A DNA stretch of 64,000 nucleotides, from contig NW_002060951.1 of the NCBI RefSeq assembly GCF_000150275.1, forward strand, positions 2,724,580 through 2,788,579, given 5' to 3'. Positions 13,322 to 27,442 of this stretch are shown piece after piece (position 1 is the stretch's first letter; every line of letters starts with the position of its first letter). Source of the stretch: Trichoplax adhaerens (taxonomy: Eukaryota; Animalia; Placozoa). Made by a program: the position numbers and the translations under genes. Below the pieces are notes generated by a model that saw nothing but the letters and a program-made list of their open reading frames with translations, had not been told where the DNA came from and ran no database searches.

Positions 13322-16300
13322 ATTTCTATTTTCGATGACGGTATTATTGAAACGTATCTGATCGAAAAAATTAACACGATTTTACTCTTGCTACTGTTAA
13401 GTTACTGCTGACAGTTGTGCTAAATCGAATCAAAAAATTTTCAATTAAATCATTCTGATCATAATTATTAATAATGCTATGATTTTCATTATTACAAATG
13501 TAATGTCAAGCATAAATCAGTTAATGGCAGGGGTACGCTAGTAATGACCAGTTCAATATACGTAGTGATTAAAGCACAATTTAAAGTGTTATTTAAAACA
13601 ATAAAAATTCATTTAAAATGAAGATTTTATCAGATATTGAAACATTAAAACATGTAGACAGATATTCTCATTAAATTTAAAATATTTTTTGTTATTCGGA
13701 AGTTGCTAAATTGAAAACTATCGTTAATGAACAAAAGGAAAACGAAAAACAAAGTAAATAAAGAAGAATATAGTATGTACTAAAGGATTGTAAACAAAAA
13801 TAAAAGGGAACTGTTATTATATAATACATTGTCGTTTATATCGACTGTACGCATTTAAGACAATGCTTAAATGTTTGCCAGATTCGGAGTGATGATGGTT
13901 TAGTGTTTAACATACTATACCGTATCATTAATGACACGATAATGTTGTTAATGTCAAAGTTTTTGATAAGAGTAAGAATGATTAATTTCTCATTACGATC
14001 GTGATTGACATGAAATATTCAAAGTTGTATAATACACTTCATTGACATCTTAATTATCTTCATTATTAAATAATTGTATCATATTGATACAACAATCAGA
14101 AGGGTACACCATAAACCGTTACAAGTCCTTTCAATTTCATGCACAGATCATTCAATTGAAATTGAGTTCTTGAGCCCGTATCATCAATCAGCTTTTTAAA
14201 TAGTATTCAGTAATTCAAACGTGGTTGCACAGTTTAGAATTATCATACTGCATTATCATAAGTAATTTCTAGCAGCATAACTTAAATATTATTTAAAGCG
14301 ACAGTATCACTTTAGTATTTTGCAGAAGTATATGCATTGTATGTATACATTGTACAGGAAAGTGTACTTTCTATAGACTTAATTTTTTAAATTCAGTCAG
14401 GTAGGATATGTTCTATTGACTAAAGATCAGTGTTAATTTTAAGACAAAGTTGTATTCTCATCATCTCATTGTGCAGGCCTAAATTACATTGTTGTGTCAT
14501 TTCTAACATTTTTAATTTAATTACCATGCGCAAATTACATCCTAAATACTTTATTTATTGAAAGTATTACAAGTAAATACCTACAGTAGCCCTAAAGAGT
14601 CGATACTGTTCTTCTAATGATCTACATATAAGGTAGTATGGTTCTCATGAATTAATCTAATATTAACTAATTAAAATTTTGAATACTGTTAATGTAAATG
14701 TTAAGAATAATTGTCAAGCAATGATTGGCATCGATTTGAATAACTTTATAAGTTTATCGCAAATCTAAAACTGATGTTTTATATTCATTGTCGTAGCGGT
14801 CTATCTAGTTCCAATTATTGTAGTCAAAATTTTGGGGATTTATTAATGTAGAAGGAAGAATACAAATTAATAAACTATTTTAAATACTGTACAGCTGCCG
14901 GGCTTGTTGCCTACTATTAACTTAGCCTAATATGACTAGATATATATTATTAGTTATAAGATATTACTTAATCTTCAAATTATACTCTACAAAGGACATA
15001 CGAAATGCCAAATTCAACGTAATAAAGAAACTAGCCAGCAGTAAAGATATTCAGGCCGTACAACTAATGTATTAATGTTTACTGCAATGATGGAATAAAC
15101 TGCTTAATACTTTACTTAAAGCAAAAAGTAATTGCTGTAATTAGTTTTCGATTTAAACGTAATAATATCCCTTCTTGTTTTTATTTCTTGAAACTGAATA
15201 ACTTCTATTCTATTTCTTTTTAAAGTAGAATATCGCGATGAAGGCTATATTTCAATGAAATTCTGTAAGAAAATTTTTGAATAAAACCTCGATTATGTTT
15301 TAAGAGATTAGCCCAATTATGCAGCACATAATACACTACACTAGAATCTACACTTGTTAAATTAGTATTAAATACCTGCTGTGATCTGTAATCTCTACAA
15401 TCAGATTCTTTAAATAATACTTTAAAGGTTACTATGTAATAAGAAAACTCGTATAGCGACATAAATACATACGGCGGTTAATAGTAGATAATTACTAGGT
15501 AGTCAGTGATGATTAATGGCGTATAACAAATAGTTTTAGAAATGATATCCTCATATAATTATACAATTTAATACTTACGGTACGTCGGGCTGTGTTGGCA
15601 CCAATTAATGATAATACTATAATACATATGTATGAATGATGAGATTGAATTTAATAATTACAGTATTGCTCTAATATTATACTGTCGTTTTAATTTTTTT
15701 CGTGTTTAGATGTTCTTATTTACAGTTAGACACAGCACTATTTATTATTTCTAATTTATAGGTAGCGCAATTTAATGAAATTGCTAATATCATGACTCAC
15801 GACCGAATACTTGATAGGTAAGGAGCCGTATAAAGAATTCTGTATAATACAGTAATAAGGTTTACTAACTTTTGTCTAATCGGACAATAGACAGCATTAA
15901 CTTGGGCAAAGAGGAGGTGAAAATTACAATTAACTGTAATTATCAGTCAATTAAATTTAGTACGTCAATTCTGATATTAAGAACGTCTCGTGCACAAGCG
16001 TGCAGTATATACAGCTCTTTGCCGTTGACAATTGAAGTATAGTACATTAAGAGTACGATAAATATGGACTATGTGATAAGATACCGGGTATTTACTAATT
16101 CATCCTTTTATTAAATGGGAAAGTATTTAAATCTACTCAATTAAGTCATTACTTTCACGTCGCATCATATCGTACTACAGTTGTTAACGGCTTCCTGATT
16201 TTCAAGTCTTTAATTTTTAAGAATGGATTCGATATTAAGGGCGATTATCGCACAGAAGTAAACAAGAACGTTTCATTGTTCTTAATGAATTATTGCATTA

Positions 16301-19005
16301 TTTTCGTTAAATTTTTATAATCAAGCAGCATTTTATTAAATTAATTCAAACACCACCTTCAAATGTTACGCTGAATTGACGAGATATGTCTCCTTAAATA
16401 CTGTATGTGTAAGATACAATCGAAGGCTATCTTCAACGTAGACTAATCAATACTCATGTCATGAATTCAGCTTGATTTTTTAATACTTTTATTTTCAATA
16501 TTGTAATATATATATAATGTATAGCATCATTAGTTTTTAACTATCATGCTGGAGATTGATGCCAATGAATGCAATATTTACTAGTACGTTTATTGCAGTT
16601 ATTAGCAGCCGAGATATGTTTATGATGTCGTTACAAGATCGTTCACGTAAGCAGTGGAGCTTTGTAAATAGTTTGAATTATTATTATAAATACAAATGTG
16701 CAGTACTGTTACTGCAATGCGAAGATTTTTAGAATATTATACAGATGCGCTCATCGTAATGCGAATGACTGGATATATATCCGTATTCAGTATAGTGAAT
16801 TAACTCAGATGAAGAGGCTTTGCAGTAGATTTACTTGATCTAAAGCTTACAGAAATACTCTAATCCTTGGTATGATGTAGGGACTTCTCTCAGAAGTCGC
16901 TGACATGATTACATTATCAATTAGAAATGGCAAATAGTTCACGTTTGAAGCTATAGTCACCTTTAGAAAGATGTGAATAAGACTCAATTTAAGATTCGAG
17001 CTTTTACTTTAAGTTCATTAAGAATACGTGTACAGCTTGAGAGAAGGCCTTTGAAGGCATTTTTGTCGGAAGCTCTTCCGTAATTTTATAAAACTTACAC
17101 TCTATCGGAAGTACTAAAAGTACAGAAATGGCTAACTGTACTATATTGGGGATTCCTTATGATTTCGATCCATTAATGTTTCGAAACCGTACTGAAAAGC
17201 GTTGCGGACTTTGCTAACATATAATATGAAAGGATATGGAACGCGAAACTTCACAAGCGCTCTGCCGTTAGTTAACTATTATAAACAGAAAATAGGAGTT
17301 GATATCACATTCATTTTCCTTAAACTTTACAATACGCGTACCTTAGATACTATGTAAAGCAACTGTATTGCCTTTTGCTTTTGCAATTTTGGCACGATGA
17401 AATCTACCTGACTTATAATAAAAAGATTGTAGTGCATAAGATGTAAAGCAATACATTGTAACTTCAATACTGTATGATGTAGAAATATAATGTCCTGAAT
17501 CATAATATACCCTTATGATCTATAGCAATACTATGTTATAATTAATCTACTTATTTAAATTAACTTTTGTATTTATCAGTTGCACTGTGTGAATCGAGTA
17601 ATAAACTACCTAACTTACTATGCTTGGCTATTTCTTTGCTAAAATACACTACATTACTTCGGTAGTCATATCTTAATTTTATACAGTCTAGAAAGTACCT
17701 AAAAACCTATTTTTATAAAACAGTAACTAGAACATAGACTAGAATGAGTAACGGTACGCAACCTAATTTCGAAATTTTAATTGTACAGTAGAGCAATTTA
17801 GTCTCGTCACGAAATATTTAATCTAATTTTTCATATATCTGCATTCAATTGATCAAATCATAATACAAAATATTTAGTAACGTATCCGGTATGCCTTCTA
17901 AGCTTTGATAGCGCATGTAACGCTATTAAGCAGTCAATATAAACTCATCTTACTACTGCAGTATATCAGTCTTTTAGCATCTTTTAAATCCCATCTTGAA
18001 CTGATATTAAATTTATCTTAAGTGTACGTATTTACTGGATACGCATATACTCTAAATTGCTATATGACTAACAGTATTTAGTAAACGTTCTGTGATTTCA
18101 ATTAACAACATTAACTCTATTTTGTACTGGTATATCAAAGCCTATGTCAAAATGATACATATTCGCTTAAAATCGTCCCCTCATTCTGCTATAAGCAAAT
18201 TGTTAGCCTGCTAATGATTCAAATACACAATATTACGAGAATTAAAGGAATTAACTGGAGTAATTGGCAATTTGTGAAGACATCGAATTACAGCCTAAGC
18301 GGAATTTAGTAGAGTTGAATTTAGATTACGAGATTTTTTCATCACTTTACGATACTATAATACAATCTGTTAACACGATCGCCGGCAATTGATCATACAG
18401 AATTTTCTATTTTATACAGTGATGTATCTACAACGTAATGTTGACAGCTTGATATCCAAGTAACAGCAAATAGAATTAAAATAAATAGTGCAAACAGTAC
18501 ACTCTGATGTAATTGTGTTTAATAAAATTTGATTGCAGCATTAAACTACTAAATTGTAAAGTATTCTAATGGAATCATTACTGGCCTTGGATGATGAAGT
18601 CATTCTAGTATCAGCAAAAATAAGCGAATAAAGAATTTAACAAATTGACAGTGAATATCTCGCTAATCTTATCTGATAGAAGGTCTATTGCAGACTGAAG
18701 TATATACAAAACTGGATATCTTTAACATAAGCGTGGTTCGATGAACCATATTTACAATTTTAATTTATCTATGGTACCAGTAAATTTGTAATCCCTAAGA
18801 GGATATTTGATAACATATTTTATATCATTAGATAAACACTGGATAAGACAGATACGATGAACTACTTAACTGAAAATTAGATCCTGAAAATACCATACAA
18901 CTATTAAAATACTCATACAAATTTCTCTTATTGCGTAGATCATAGCCTACAAATCCTTATTAATAGTATTTCCAGAGCGATAAATGTATTGAAATTGCTT
19001 TTCTA

Positions 19006-21719
19006 TTAAAAAACTTGAATAAATGCCGATGTTGATCCGTCTCTCCACATAGGGCCATGCGCTATTCGTGCCCGGCAAAGAGGACAGCTCCTTTCACGAT
19101 CAAACCACAGTGATATACAGTCATCGCAAAATATATGCTAAAATGTAAAACAGCGATAATATTAAATTAAAGATCGTTCAATAAGCGAACAATAAATTTC
19201 TATCCATACTTTACAATCAAGCTTGATTGGTTCCTTTATTTCCTCCTGGCAGATAGGACATAAAGCTCCTGATTCAATAAGTTCTTCTTTGGTTGGCGTT
19301 GTTCCGTATTGCTTTAAGATAGTATGAATATAATATTATTGTCTTAGTATAATATGAACTTATAAATTCTAAAATTTATACACCTAGCTCCCTTATTGAA
19401 CACAAGATTCAGAAACTGCTCTTACAAGATCTTGCCAAAGGCCTAAATATGATTGATAAACCTCACGAAGCTTGCTAAAGGTCATAACCCCCTAAAATAT
19501 GCAAAAGAACTTTAAAGGATTGATATGTATATACAAGAATATCTGAATGGAACTGCTAGCATCTTAAGTGCAAAATAAGACAATCTGCTTGAATATCAGC
19601 AAACATACTTTAATTGCAAAGTATATTGCTACAGAAGCAACGGAAAAGACGTGTCCAACATCGTCATTTTCGGAAAAGTACTTCGACCATAACGGTATTG
19701 GGATTAACATCCGATATAACTGAGATAGATGTTCTAAGAACATGTAGTACTTTCCCTGAAATATAGCAAATTATATCTATATTACGCGATACATCTGGTG
19801 TGTAATTACGTATGAAAGAGAAGAATCAATGGGTAACTAACATACGAGACACCGATAATTCTTACCACATACGAACTCACTTTCGAATATAATTAGAGGT
19901 TTATTTCATCATCTAATATATACTGTATCTTATAGATTCGTAGTTGATATGGTTGAAAACTATGTAAACTTACCCTCATTTTAAACGCAATGACGCGCTT
20001 GCATAACGATGCAATAAGGCACTTGAGCATCATCGTCACAAACCGTATCACATAATCTGAAATTATTCAATAACCAATATTTTCTGGTCATTATCATCAC
20101 AAAATCCATATGACCAAAGCAACATACAAATTTTAAGTTATAGTTCTTAAACATAAAGCCACTACATTACAATTTTTAAAGTCTTACTTTTAATTACAGA
20201 GTGTGATCATAATTTACTTTAGCTTTATTACATTACCTGTAATTCCTACAACCCAAAACACATTCCAAATGGTACATTCCTTAAAGTTCGCCGCCATCAA
20301 GTATAAACTATAGTAGTGTTATCCAAGTTATTACCTGAATTAGTAAATTTACCTATACTGCAAGCAAAGTCTTGATTGCTATAACAGCACAGATATATTA
20401 ACGCTTCCATAGAATATGTCTTTAATTTAAGAAATTACAGAAGATAATTAAAGTATAATTATGTATAGAAGCTGGTTAAAATACCATCTATAGAGTTGCT
20501 GCTCATGAAACACGTAATATATGAAAAGGACATTCCCAAGTAAAAATATTATCATCCATAGCAATATACGAAATTGCCTACGCTCCTGTATCAAAGTAAA
20601 CAAATTTTGTCATCAGACTACAAATTATCGAGAGATTGGTATCATGCAGTAGTAATTATCTGATTGACAGGTGGCCATGGGTAAGCAAATTGTTGAACCT
20701 ACCAAACTTGCATGTAACTATTTATACTTTGTATATATTTTAAGACTATTACAGTCTAAGAAGTTTACTGCAATTAAAATTACGTATACTTGACCTTCAG
20801 AGCTACTTGTCTTCTTACGGTATTGTTACCATGAACAAACGTAACACATAGACCTAAAAATACAAGTAAACCTGCAACCGGAAAGATCAATTATAATTAT
20901 TGTCAAATCTCGTAGGAATATAAGGTCAATATTACCGAAGCTTCACAGTATATTATGTATTCGGTTATCTTATACTATGTAATTTGTCCAAATTATTGTA
21001 TGAAACTTAATAAACGAAATCGTTAAGCATAGATTAAATTAGTGTAAAATTTAATTATAATACAGTATAGCATGTTTCTTTTCACGTTGGTAAATGCATA
21101 GTGCAGTAGCTTAAACTGCGCATTTAATAGTTAAGAGCATTTACGTATATCAGGAATGCTAAGCCATGAAATACAGTAACTACTGTACATACATATATAA
21201 AATTCAAATTTAGTTACCCAGTCGATGATCCCAAAAGAATCGAACTAAGATTAATAAAAAGAAAGGTACATGTTTTTCTAACCACTTCGCAACAGCATTA
21301 AACTCCCCACGACCATTCCCGGTATTAGAAGCAGAATTATTACTGATATTTGCAGCATCTTCTTCTATTGGTGATGAAGTATCAGCCAATTCGCCCAAGT
21401 TTACAGTATTAGAAAGATGATTGTCTGTGTGACGCCCACTTAGAGCAGGATCAATATCATTCGGATGTTCAGATGATAGGGATGATGCCGTACGTTGCCC
21501 ACCATTACCATTCGAAGGCACTGATAAAGTAGGAGAGAAACTAGGGTTTACAAGGTCAATGAACATTGATCTTAATGTAGCATATCCACTGCTTAATTCC
21601 GAATTATTATTATTCAAGTTCGTCTGATTGGTGTTAGAAAATGACCAAGAAGCAGATCTTGAGTGATTCATATATGCTTGTCTGTGTGATCGGCCAAACG
21701 GGTTATCATGATCTGCCAT
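19006..21719 (-). CDS. RNFT2: RING finger and transmembrane domain-containing E3 ligase (RNFT1/RNFT2 co-ortholog)
   Basis: Disordered N-terminus, then [24 protein letters not shown], several TM exons, and a RING: [16 protein letters not shown]|[23 protein letters not shown]...[13 protein letters not shown]. Confidence 0.9.
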
Positions 21720-22484
21720 GTCAGTTGAGTAACGCAATCCTTTAAATGTTTATATGGTAACACTAACCTGCAGCCAAAAAAATAGTTCTCCGGTTGAGTA
21801 AATAAAAGGTTTCACAGGGTATGACTGGATAATACAGTACAGTATAGTACTGTATAGCACAGTGAAAGATTCTCGATTGGATCTAACACTATTTATTGCA
21901 TTACAATGATCTGCACAGCGTAACTGATATTGGCGGAAGATAATTTCGTGATATAAGAATATAAATTGCTTTGCGTAAAACAGTACAGTATGCGGTATAT
22001 CGACGAAGATTATGCCAGGGCTATGTAAAGATTATAATTGCATTTTTATCCTGGTGAAGGTAAATATCTACGAGAAATACTTTCATATTTCAGAATTTTA
22101 TGGCTCTCGCAACCATGCTTACAACGGTATAGAACTTCTGAAAGTCCTGAAAAAAAGATAAACTCCAATCAACATAAAAATTAACATACTGTTAATATTT
22201 GTAACTTCGAAAATACTGTACATAACGATTATTCAACAATGAACGTAGTCATGCATGAACACTGGACAGTACTTACAGTAATATAGTTAATTAATTACTA
22301 TATATATAAATACAGTGCAGTTATGGTGTCCAGAAGTGTAGAAAGGTAGCGACGCGATTTTGGGATTTGCAGTTACTGCAACAATAATATATCTCGTATG
22401 ATTTAATAATTATAGGGATTAAAGCGTAATTTGCTTCTGAGTTGACAGGTGAAATGTAGTGTTGTACTGCATCGCTTAACGGAT

Positions 22485-22900
22485 ACAATACTGTACATTT
22501 ACTGTAGTACTCTGTGTGTGTACAGTATGTGTAGAGATTCGCGACGATAGTAGTCGGGGGTCACGCAGTGAGAGGACAAAATATACAGTACAGTATGTTA
22601 TCGGCCAGGCTGCCCTTCTTACAGGTGTAAAGTACAGTACAATACTGTACTGTATGTACTGTACACTGTACTGTACTGTACACTTGTACAGTAAAGTACT
22701 GTAGAGTGTACAGTACAGTAGAAAACTGTTACCTAGCCTACAGTACAGTACAGTACAGTACAGTATACAGTACACTGTACACTGTACTTACAGTACGGTA
22801 CGATACAGCGGTTTAAAACCTTTTTATACAGTGTACTGTACAGTACAGCATACAAAATACTTAAGACACTGCTAGCGAAGCGGCACGGTACTGTACTGTC
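22485..22900. repeat. (CAGTA)n/(TACTG)n array 2, between divergent RNFT and ARPC3
   Basis: Dense cagta/tactg pentamers, e.g. cagtacagtacagtacagtacagta at 22741-22765; ends about 130 bp before the ARPC3 ATG. Confidence 0.92.
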
Positions 22901-23029
22901 CTTTAAAACCTTTTAATTAATCTATCTACTGTTGTCATCTAGTCCTCCCGCTGTCCTCAGCTCTCTATCGTAAAAGTAATTTTTCCTCCTTAACGTTTTA
23001 CAGCCTTTCCCTAGACTTTGGCCATTATT

Positions 23030-25610
23030 ATGCCTGTAAGTAACCCACTAATTTCTTAAATATTTTAAATTTTTATAATTATAGTATAGTGCGATTACGT
23101 GTATATTAGTTACAGCGCTGTATAGCATAGTACTGACCAGACCTCTTAGTATCGACACTGATTTTGCAATTTCGGTGATTGCTTTTCGGATGAACTCTTG
23201 AAGAAATACAGTTGTACTGAAGGTGTACACTACAGTATTTACGTACAGTAAACGGTACAATCGCAATTCGATATTCTGCGCATTAATTTATAACTGTACC
23301 TAATATCAAATTTAAAATTATATATTTTACATTAATCTGACTTTGATTCTGAGTGACCAAGGTATCCATTTGATCCAAGTCCGATACAATACTGTACTAT
23401 AATAATTGTGCGTTATGATTATTATGGCTATTTGGAAAGACTTACTTTTGCGAAGTAACGTTGCATTTATTTATTCTCGAATCGGGTTAATTTAAAGAAT
23501 CATTTACTTAAACGTTAGACATATACGCAATACAGTATGTATACAGTAGTACTACAAAATAATTTCGGTAGTAACCTAACAAGAATCCGCACCAGTGATA
23601 ACTAATACTGTGTTGTTACGTATATTTGAAATCTGAAGCCGATTTTACAATTTTTCAGCTGAGTATGAAATTACATAAAGTACATGATGTGATAATTATA
23701 TTGCAGTTATCAGTGACTTACTTTACAGTCTCTCTCTGCCACTGTATAGTTCTATATTACACCGCAATAAACGCATGAGTGGGCAGCTAAGTGCCCTGCG
23801 ATGGGCCTAGTATTTTACGAAAATTTACGTAAGATCCGTAACATGTGATAATTATTATTGTAAGGTGGATTACGATACCGTATCAGTTACTGTACTTCGA
23901 ACGAAATCTAAAAAATAGGATAAAAATGCTTTATTTAAGGCTTATCATTCTAGCTTTGCCAATCAAGGAAAGTCTATTGGTAACGTGGCCTTACTACCAA
24001 TAAATACATCTTATAAAGGTCCCGCTCCAAAAGGAGGTTGATATTGCAGTACAGTACTTGAAAGATTGTATAATAATAATAGTTTATAGTAGAATTAATC
24101 TGATAGACGTATTACGCCGTCCCTAGTAATGTACATTATATTTGATACTAATGATACATTTTATTTCTAAGATGGATCTCCAGACATCATCGAGGAAGCT
24201 TTATATTTGTTCAAAGCTAACATTTGGTTTAAGAATTATGAAGTTAAGGTTAGTATGTTTCGGTTTCACGGTACAGTAGTTGCTAAGAATTGCGTACTTC
24301 GTCTATTCTTAGAATAAAACTTACTGAAATAGTTGTTACTTCTCAATCATACAACGCCATAAGCGTTGGATGGTAATAATGATACGGTTGCCATAAAACA
24401 CTACAGTACAAGGAGATTGCGGATCGGCTGCTGCGATATATGCTTTGTGTTATCTATTAATACAGACTAGGAAACCAATATATAAAATTATCTTCCCTGT
24501 ATAGGATAAAATTTAAGCTTTCTTAGTTATGACGATATAATATACTCGTATGTTAATTAATTATTCTCCAATATTTTATGTATGAGTAAGTAAGTCTATG
24601 CAGATTTAGTGGTCTTAGTCAGAAAATAGCACTAGCTTCCCGGTCATTGTGTGCGAGTATAGACAGCTAGTATTCTATAATATAGTCTCTTCAGTCCCCT
24701 TAGCTGAGAATTTTACGAAGTAAGGTACTGCACTGTAGCTTACCAAACTTGTCAAAATGACCATAAGCTGAATTTTGATATTCAACGATAGAGCCATTCG
24801 TAAAGCATGGAACTATTTTTATTCAAAAATTACTATCGTATTCGTGTCATGTTTGTATTTAATATGGACACTTATTATTTAGAGCGATGCAGATAGAACT
24901 TTGATATACCTGACTCTTTATATATCTGAATGTCTTAAAAAATTGCAGAAGGTAAATTGAGATAAGGCGTGCTTTAACAGCGTCTTCATTTCTAATAATT
25001 TTGATGAGCTATTACGTGTAATTGGGTCGTGATTGCATTTTATATGCTTTGTCTTTTATTAGTGTCCAACAAAAAATGCTGGTACTAAGGAATTATATAC
25101 AGAAGCGTTAACCAATGTTGTTATACCAGGCGAGGCTGGATTCCCTCTTAGTTCTTTGTATCAGAAGCCCTCAAAATCAGATGGTGGTACTGCTGCATAC
25201 ATTAGCGATAAATTACCTAACATCGAATAAATAGAACTGAATATTAACTACATACGAATATACGAAGAGTCACATTTATTTTACGTCATATTATTGCTTA
25301 CAATTTGGATGACACTCAAACTTACATTTATTTAAAAATGTTATCATTACTAATTTCTAATAGATTTAATGAGACTATATTTCACTCAATTACGTCAAGA
25401 GCTTGGTGTTCGTTTATTGGAAAAGGTCTACTGTGAACCTGATGGCAAGCCTAGCAAGGTATTTATACTTATATGAGAACTGATAAACCATTACGCAATG
25501 AAACTAGATATGGAAAATTGAATGTCATTCATATTGCTCGAATGTAATTCTAGTGGTGGATGTGTTTTTCCCGAAAGAAATTTATGGACAAGCGACTGGG
25601 GCAACCTTAA
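23030..25610 (+). CDS. ARPC3: Arp2/3 complex subunit 3 (p21-Arc), 7 exons
   Basis: ATG CCT|gtaagt micro-exon, then AYHSSF...IGNVALLPINTSYKGPAP, DIIEEALYLFKANIWFKNYEVK, SDADRTLIYLTLYISECLKKLQK, IPGEAGFPL, YFTQLRQELGVRLLEKVY, WWMCFSRKKFMDK...*. Confidence 0.95.
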
Positions 25611-27442
25611 TTTAAGTTTTTAGAATGCCAGAAGCTACTTCAGCTACAAATAGAATCTTAACAGTTGTTATGAATTGTCTAAATAGTAGCATGACTATTT
25701 TGTATTGTACTTTATCCGTAGCCCTTAAAAATATCAGCGTACTTGATCTTGAATTGTGCATATCTACTGTTGAACGACCTTCAGCGGCTATTTTTGTTGT
25801 GCGACTCAGTAAACGTGTGAATACAATTTATGCATATTTTTGAATTCAAATTTGTCACTGTTGTACTCTAGATCAATAAAGTATATGAAATACAATTGCT
25901 GATGGTTTGTTAGGGCCAAGCTTAGAGTCTATTTATTCTGTCATTACTGAGACCAAGCGATTATTCTTGGGAATATCATCTATTACTATTTTAGAAAGTA
26001 GTTTTGACAATGATGCAGTGTGGAAGTTGGCATAAGAATAGCGTCACAAAGCTACAGCCTGAAAATATTTATCGTTGGATCCTACCTAACGTTAGGCATT
26101 TAATCAATATGCGATAAATGGATTGTGACATGCATCACATTATCACAAATTCTACGCACAGTAAACACGGCAGCATCTTTAACATAAATAATCTTATGGA
26201 TATGGTACCAACAAGTAGAACGAATTTAAGAAAACTTTAAAACTTTTTACTCAGTGTACAAGTGCACTGTATGCCATAGCGTTACCTGTATTGCCAATTT
26301 ACAAAATGCTGTACTAATAAAAATTGAGCATATAGTTTTATTCTAATTTGAATTTCAAGACGTTATTCTTACTAATGTAGAGAGTGAAGTCGAAGGAAGA
26401 ACGGTGCCAAATTAAATAGTTGAGATCAACACATAAAATACCTTGTTTCTAACCCGAAATTAGTCAAGTGCAACCCCAGTATTGTAGGAACGCGTTGATT
26501 GACACGTTAGAAGATAAGAACTAACATTATGTGATACAAAAATTTTTCTTTAATAAAGTAGATAAACTCTTGATAAAATGTTCAATTCAATTAAATTATT
26601 ATATATTATCGCTATGATAATAATTCTTATTCTTAATCTCTTTATAGTTCATAGTATATTACTAATCTTCTCAATTTATTTTCAAACATTAATCAAATAC
26701 AAGATGTATGTATCAGCATAGGAAAGACATAGTGAAATGATTATTTTATAGTTGTGGCAAACAGCTACCCGAATGTAAGGGATCACATGGTACTTACAAG
26801 CAATTTTTAATACAAAGCATTTATATATGTACGTACACTGTATAGATGCACGTATACGTATCGTGCTATACTTGTAGAACAAACATCTCTAAATCTCCAC
26901 GTATGTATCTACTAACATTGTCAAAAACGTTGCAAAGGAAATTTCTCGACTAACATGAAATACGTGACACGACATACATTGACAGTATAAGTTAACATAT
27001 TCTTCCTGCATTTATCAATAGTAGTTTTATAATACTTTAAAAGAATTTAACATGTTTCGCAATTATATTGAATACGTAAAGTTACTAGACTTTAGAAATA
27101 GAGAAAATTTTTAATTATTCCTAGAGTATCGCGTAAAAGTGTTTTAAAAATAATCTTACTTATCAACCGTACAGTTCATACCTTCGGTCGGTATTCACGG
27201 TATTGTATTAGTCGTCACAATAAGTTAAAACGATCTGATGAGGGTGAATACTACCGGATATGTCCCATATTTAGACAATGTACTATGGATTTTAGCAATG
27301 AAGTACAGTAGTATCATGTACAGTAATATGCGTATCAAGAAGGTCCTCAAACTGAGTTAAAGTAAGACGAAAAGAGGCTTTTAAATAAGACTACTACTGA
27401 TACGTCCGTAACTAAGGAGAACATCATTCAATATTCAACGAT

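Noticed and set aside
12400-15700. TAAT/ATTA clusters as homeodomain autoregulatory sites
   Set aside because: Expected by chance in DNA this AT-rich; no enrichment can be shown by eye.
17128-17216. Astacin-like peptide LGIPYDFDPLM
   Set aside because: It lacks the SxMHY Met-turn and any HExxH zinc motif nearby, so it is probably chance.
22485-22900. CRISPR-like repeat-spacer reading of the arrays
   Set aside because: The context is eukaryotic, the unit is a 5-bp period with irregular spacers, there is no constant 25-45 bp repeat, and there are no cas genes.
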